From: Paraspadella gotoi
Lineage: Eukaryota; Animalia; Chaetognatha
Reading direction: 5' to 3'
Length of the DNA stretch: 64,000 bases
Assembly (NCBI GenBank): GCA_051294375.1
Contig: CM119270.1
Span: 5,681,452-5,745,451 of the forward strand
Shown: positions 59,927-64,000 of the stretch, piece by piece
Numbering within the stretch: the stretch's first letter is position 1
Layout of the letters: every line of letters begins with the position of its first letter
Position numbers and translations under genes: made by a program
Notes under the pieces: generated by a model
What the model saw: the letters and a program-made list of their open reading frames with translations, nothing else
The model's database searches: none
Told to the model about the DNA's origin: nothing

Positions 59927-62900
59927 TCAATCCATAGCTAGATGCCGAGACTTCCATTTCAACTATAAAATCCAAAACTTTTTCGTCATCATCTTGATCG
60001 TCCCCGCAATCGAAAGACTTTTTCTCCTTCAACTCCAGAGAACGTCCTCTGTTGGCGCCAAATGCTGGCCTTTATCTCTGCGTCAAGGTCTGGGGCAAAC
60101 ACTGTGAAGCAAAGGTTTACCGTTCCAAGCAGTTGTCTGAGCTTCTGCCCTTCTTTACAAAATCAATTGGATCAGCTTCTGCGCTTGAAGAGTCTGTTTA
60201 ACAGTCCCTGCCGCCACAGAAGAAATCTATTTTAAGCGCGTCAATTGAGCTCATGTGGGCCGTCACCAAAGGAAGGAGGAATATCCTGTGAAATGAATTT
60301 AACTTTGTCCATTTGGCTGACTGTGGGTGAAAAGCGAAAGGAGTTCGCTCATCGACGTTGCTCTTCCCCGCCGTACATCCGCTAAAAATGCTTTCTAGTG
60401 AGACAATGGGGCGACTCTGCGTGCGACGGTTAATGGGATACGCTCCCCGTTTACGGGAAGTTTGCCCAGTGCGATTTCAAAAATGGGGGCGAATATGAGC
60501 GGATATTATGTTTGTGTGCTCATTCCATTTTGGACATTGAGACAGTGTAATACTTTGAAACTGGCGGATATGGCCGTCTGACGATGTAAAGGAATTCTTC
60601 CCATTTTCCTTTTTTGGTCCATGGCAAGCAATCGTCATTTTGGGTAAGTGAGATTATCTTCAGATTTCTTATTTTTTGACTTAGCGTGCGATGTTTTATT
60701 GTTACACCATTGGCTTGACTGATAACTGTGTTATTTATTATGTTTTTGTAGCATTCCATCCCTACAACGAGTAAAAATCACTTCACCAATGACACCACAC
60801 CAGCATTGACGATCAACATTGACCGGTTTGATTTGGGCGGCATATCTGATGGGGTCAACGTCTTAAGATTTTTCCAAACTAATCGCCTCATTTCATATCA
60901 AGACTGTAGACTTCATTTGCATACGTTATTTCTTCACTTAGGCCACCTCCAAACGCTATTAGATAATACTTGGCTAAATTGTCGTTGGTTTCTGGAAGAT
61001 AATTCCCGCATAGGCAGCGGACCCCGCGATTTCTGCTGGAATCGTCTCCCCAACGGTTTCCTGGCGGAAAATTTTGCGCCTCTTTCGGGCAAAAAGACCA
61101 GAGGAATGTTCTGGTCCGGATAGTTAAAGCTACCCCGAAAATATACACGTAAAAGTGTTTGTAAATAGTTGGATTATGTGAATCTGGATATAACACATCA
61201 TTGTCCTTACCCTCTTTCTGTATTATCATCTTTATCTTGAACTTGACATAGATCCGCCCAAATAATAAGATTTTAGTTTTATCTCCATTGAAAAAATACG
61301 ATTGGGACCTCCGTAAGTTTCCCCCCCCCACCTCCATACCTAAAAAAATAAACAATCTTCTTTTAAATTCATTTTTTACACCTTTTTTCAACTTTTTCTG
61401 GGGCTACTTACTTCTTTTTCTATTGTTGATGGAATTTTTTAATGGGATGAGAAGCCTAAAGGTATATGGCTCTTTTGACAATTTTTTTGAACCTCAAAGC
61501 ACGCTTGGTTTATGGTCTTTAGCATCTTGAAAACAGCGGAATAGAGAACAAGTTTCTTCGCAGTTCATTTCTTAACATACCATTAGTATTACCACTATTT
61601 TTTCAAATATCCAAAAACTCTGGAAATAGTACTTTCATCAAGATTCACTTTTTAATGCCACAATTTACAAATACAGTCCACAAAATCTATTAAAATTGAG
61701 ACCATGTTAAGAAAAGTCTACGCAATGGAATCTTATCAAAATTGGTAATACTCACCTTTCATTTCAAGGTTGTCTTCTACCAAAGTTCTGTGAATTATTG
61801 TCTCTGAACTGTCAAAATGTATCTCTTCTTTCTATATCCTTGTACACCCTTTTAATACAGTTTTTCAACAATCACTGCATCATTTTTCTTCCAAACTTTT
61901 TTTCTAATAAAAGGTAACAAGGCCTGTTGCATACGCGCCTTCCGGCCTAAAAGTAGAAACACTTGACCTTGTCTTTGACTTCTTTCCAGTACACAGAACA
62001 AAAACATATAAGAAATTAAAGGTCCAGCTAAAATGACTCCCTAAATTTGGCTAATCGTAACTCAACTTGAAGCGATCGTCAAGCAAACAGTGATGGTCGA
62101 GTCGTCTTCATACCAGTGAATAACGGAACTGCTCGAGTGGATTGATATTTACAAGTATGTAAAAAAACAGTTTGAGCAGTAAAATCTATGGGTGGATCAT
62201 GTTGCAAGGTTCGGCCGTGGGTGCCAGCTTCATCCAGCCATGTTTTCTTTTTACTTGGTTCATTAATGGTTTCAATACTGATCAATTCTCTAACACAAGA
62301 AAGATAAGTAAGAGTTATGTTGGCAAAATACAAACCTCGAAACAAACAGTTAAGTAGTTAAACCCGCAGCCTGTAAGGTATTTTAACGAAACACAACCAA
62401 ACTTTTGGAAACTTTTGCTTTCATTTTCTGTTCTGTAACTTAGCAAATAGACAGTTTCAAAAAATCCTCCAGAATACGTGTATGGAAATAGTACTAATGC
62501 CCGCCAAGGAAGCCATCCATTTTTTAGAGGTTACTGCCAAAAAGAATTGAGTACGCAAAAGAGAACTAGAAAAAGAAAGATGGAGCCTTTTCAAAAACCA
62601 AAAACGGGTCATCGCCCAACCCACGTGAGGCTTCTCTCCTGTTGGATTGTTTTTGATTGCATCATCCAATAGTTCCACACAACGCAAACAAAGATTTAGA
62701 AAAGAGGTATCGATGCTTGTTCGCCCACAAGGCCGTCCATCATGACTCCATCCAAAATTCTCCAAACACCATTTGCAACACAAAGTTGAGGGGGCCGCTA
62801 TATACTAAGAAGCTGTCGTGGAAAATCGATATCAGAGATGTATGACAAGTCTCGACGAGCTGACAGATTCGCTCGGTTTGTAACTTCGGTCTGCACTGGA

Positions 62901-62978
62901 ACCTCCTAAGCGCCCAACTGTAATTAGGATCCTTAACTTTAATGCTCTCTCTTGTTGACACAACAATTCAAGCGGAGG
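59927..62978 (-). pseudogene. Heavily frameshifted inverted copy of the 3' part of the XK-Kelch gene (probably a raw-read artefact)
   Basis: Fragments such as KKTWLDEA, DAIKNNP, LWSFCPKE and KYYLIAFGG in shifting frames; mirrors 45981-48785. Confidence 0.75.
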
Positions 62979-64000
62979 NNNNNNNNNNNNNNNNNNNNNN
63001 NNNAGATTTGATTTTTTTTTAGAACCAGTCTTCGCTGTTATAAAGCGTTTGTCTGATTATAGGAGAGAGAAAGTCTCGTCGATAGAATTTTGTTAATTAT
63101 TGAATTTTTTTTTCTCTAAATTTTTTTTTTAAAAATTAAAATGGGAGGAAAATATATTTTTTTTGCAAGACTTTCTATCTAGTTTTAATTGTTATTAGGA
63201 CCCCGAATATTATCTTTTTTTATTCATTGAAACACTTATGGTTCTGTTTGTTTTTCTTTTTTTTTTATATTTAACAAATTCTTTTTAGTCAAGATCTTAA
63301 AACCATTTCTAAGATATCTTTGCATTTAACTCGCGTGGAATACCAAGGTTTACCAAGGTATTCCAAGGATTATCTGCGACTATGAAACGCCTTGACTTTC
63401 ATTTTTTTTTACATTTATATGTATCTTGGGCTCTGCAAAATTTACCGTCGTAACATTACATCAAATCAATAACAAACTCAAAATATGTATGCAATTTTAT
63501 ATTTGATTGATAGGATTAGAGTAAGAAAATGAAATAATACAAACTGAAAGAAGGCTGAAAAATAATTAAATAAATCAAATACACTGCTTTTATAATTTAT
63601 AAAAGGCAGTCCGATCAATTTAAAACAGTATTAGTTACCAAAGAGATTAAATGTAACTAATCCTGATATAAACTTAGTGGATCTACCTCCAAGTTCTAAA
63701 CGAAATCAAGACGTGCAAAGAAAGACGAGCGTTTACATCGCAGATAAGATCATATCCCATATTCATGTTTAGATATAAAGGATATATATCTTAGCATGAT
63801 GCAAACACATTTCATTGATTCGTGATCAAGCCCAGTGAGGGTTGGATTGCGATAGAAGAGACGAAAGGAAGAGAGAAAACGAGAACAAATACACGCAGCT
63901 CATAATTCGCCACTGCTTTCATCGCATTCTTGGTAATTAAACGAATTTTTAGGCAAATTTAATATATTACGCCTTTCCTAATGGGTTCTTTGCAAAATTA

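Larger units (their letters stand above)
45981..62978. repeat. Giant palindrome: arm 45981-54183, ~92-nt spacer, inverted arm 54276-62978 ending at a 25-N gap
   Basis: The right arm is the reverse complement of the left, and its indel density rises steadily with distance from the centre. Confidence 0.95.

Noticed and set aside
59927-62978. Third genuine XK/Kelch paralog
   Set aside because: The differences from 45981-48785 are random indels graded with distance from the palindrome centre, not evolutionary substitutions.
63800-63930. Short minus-strand hydrophobic ORF resembling a signal peptide (MKAVANYELRVFVLVFSLPFVSS...)
   Set aside because: It stops after ~36 codons with no clear donor, so there is not enough support.

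Overview
AT-rich, intron-rich eukaryotic genomic DNA, almost certainly from an invertebrate animal, with many microsatellites and four N-gaps. Four genes can be reconstructed by hand on the + strand. (1) A ~31-exon gene (17687-29355) for a secreted protein: signal peptide, acidic region, one canonical EGF, ~26 atypical CxxC-type EGF modules and two calcium-binding EGFs. (2) A divergent 11-exon beta-tubulin (33707-38753). (3) and (4) Two tandem XK-related (scramblase-family) paralogs; the second splices in frame onto a Kelch propeller (43918-48785). Much of the window is error-laden inverted duplication (~218-8890 vs 16454-23120; fold-backs at 8.9-16.4 kb; palindrome 45981-62978), most likely a long-read, amplification or gap-filling artefact, possibly mixed with a second haplotype. 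The most striking element is in the last tubulin intron: a ~650-bp non-autonomous LTR element with a tRNA-Trp-type PBS, a PPT and a possible 4-bp TSD. Each of its LTRs carries a tRNA-like Pol III head directly followed by a candidate permuted (type-P5) twister ribozyme, making it a candidate animal 'LTR retrozyme'. All calls were made by eye; no searches were run.
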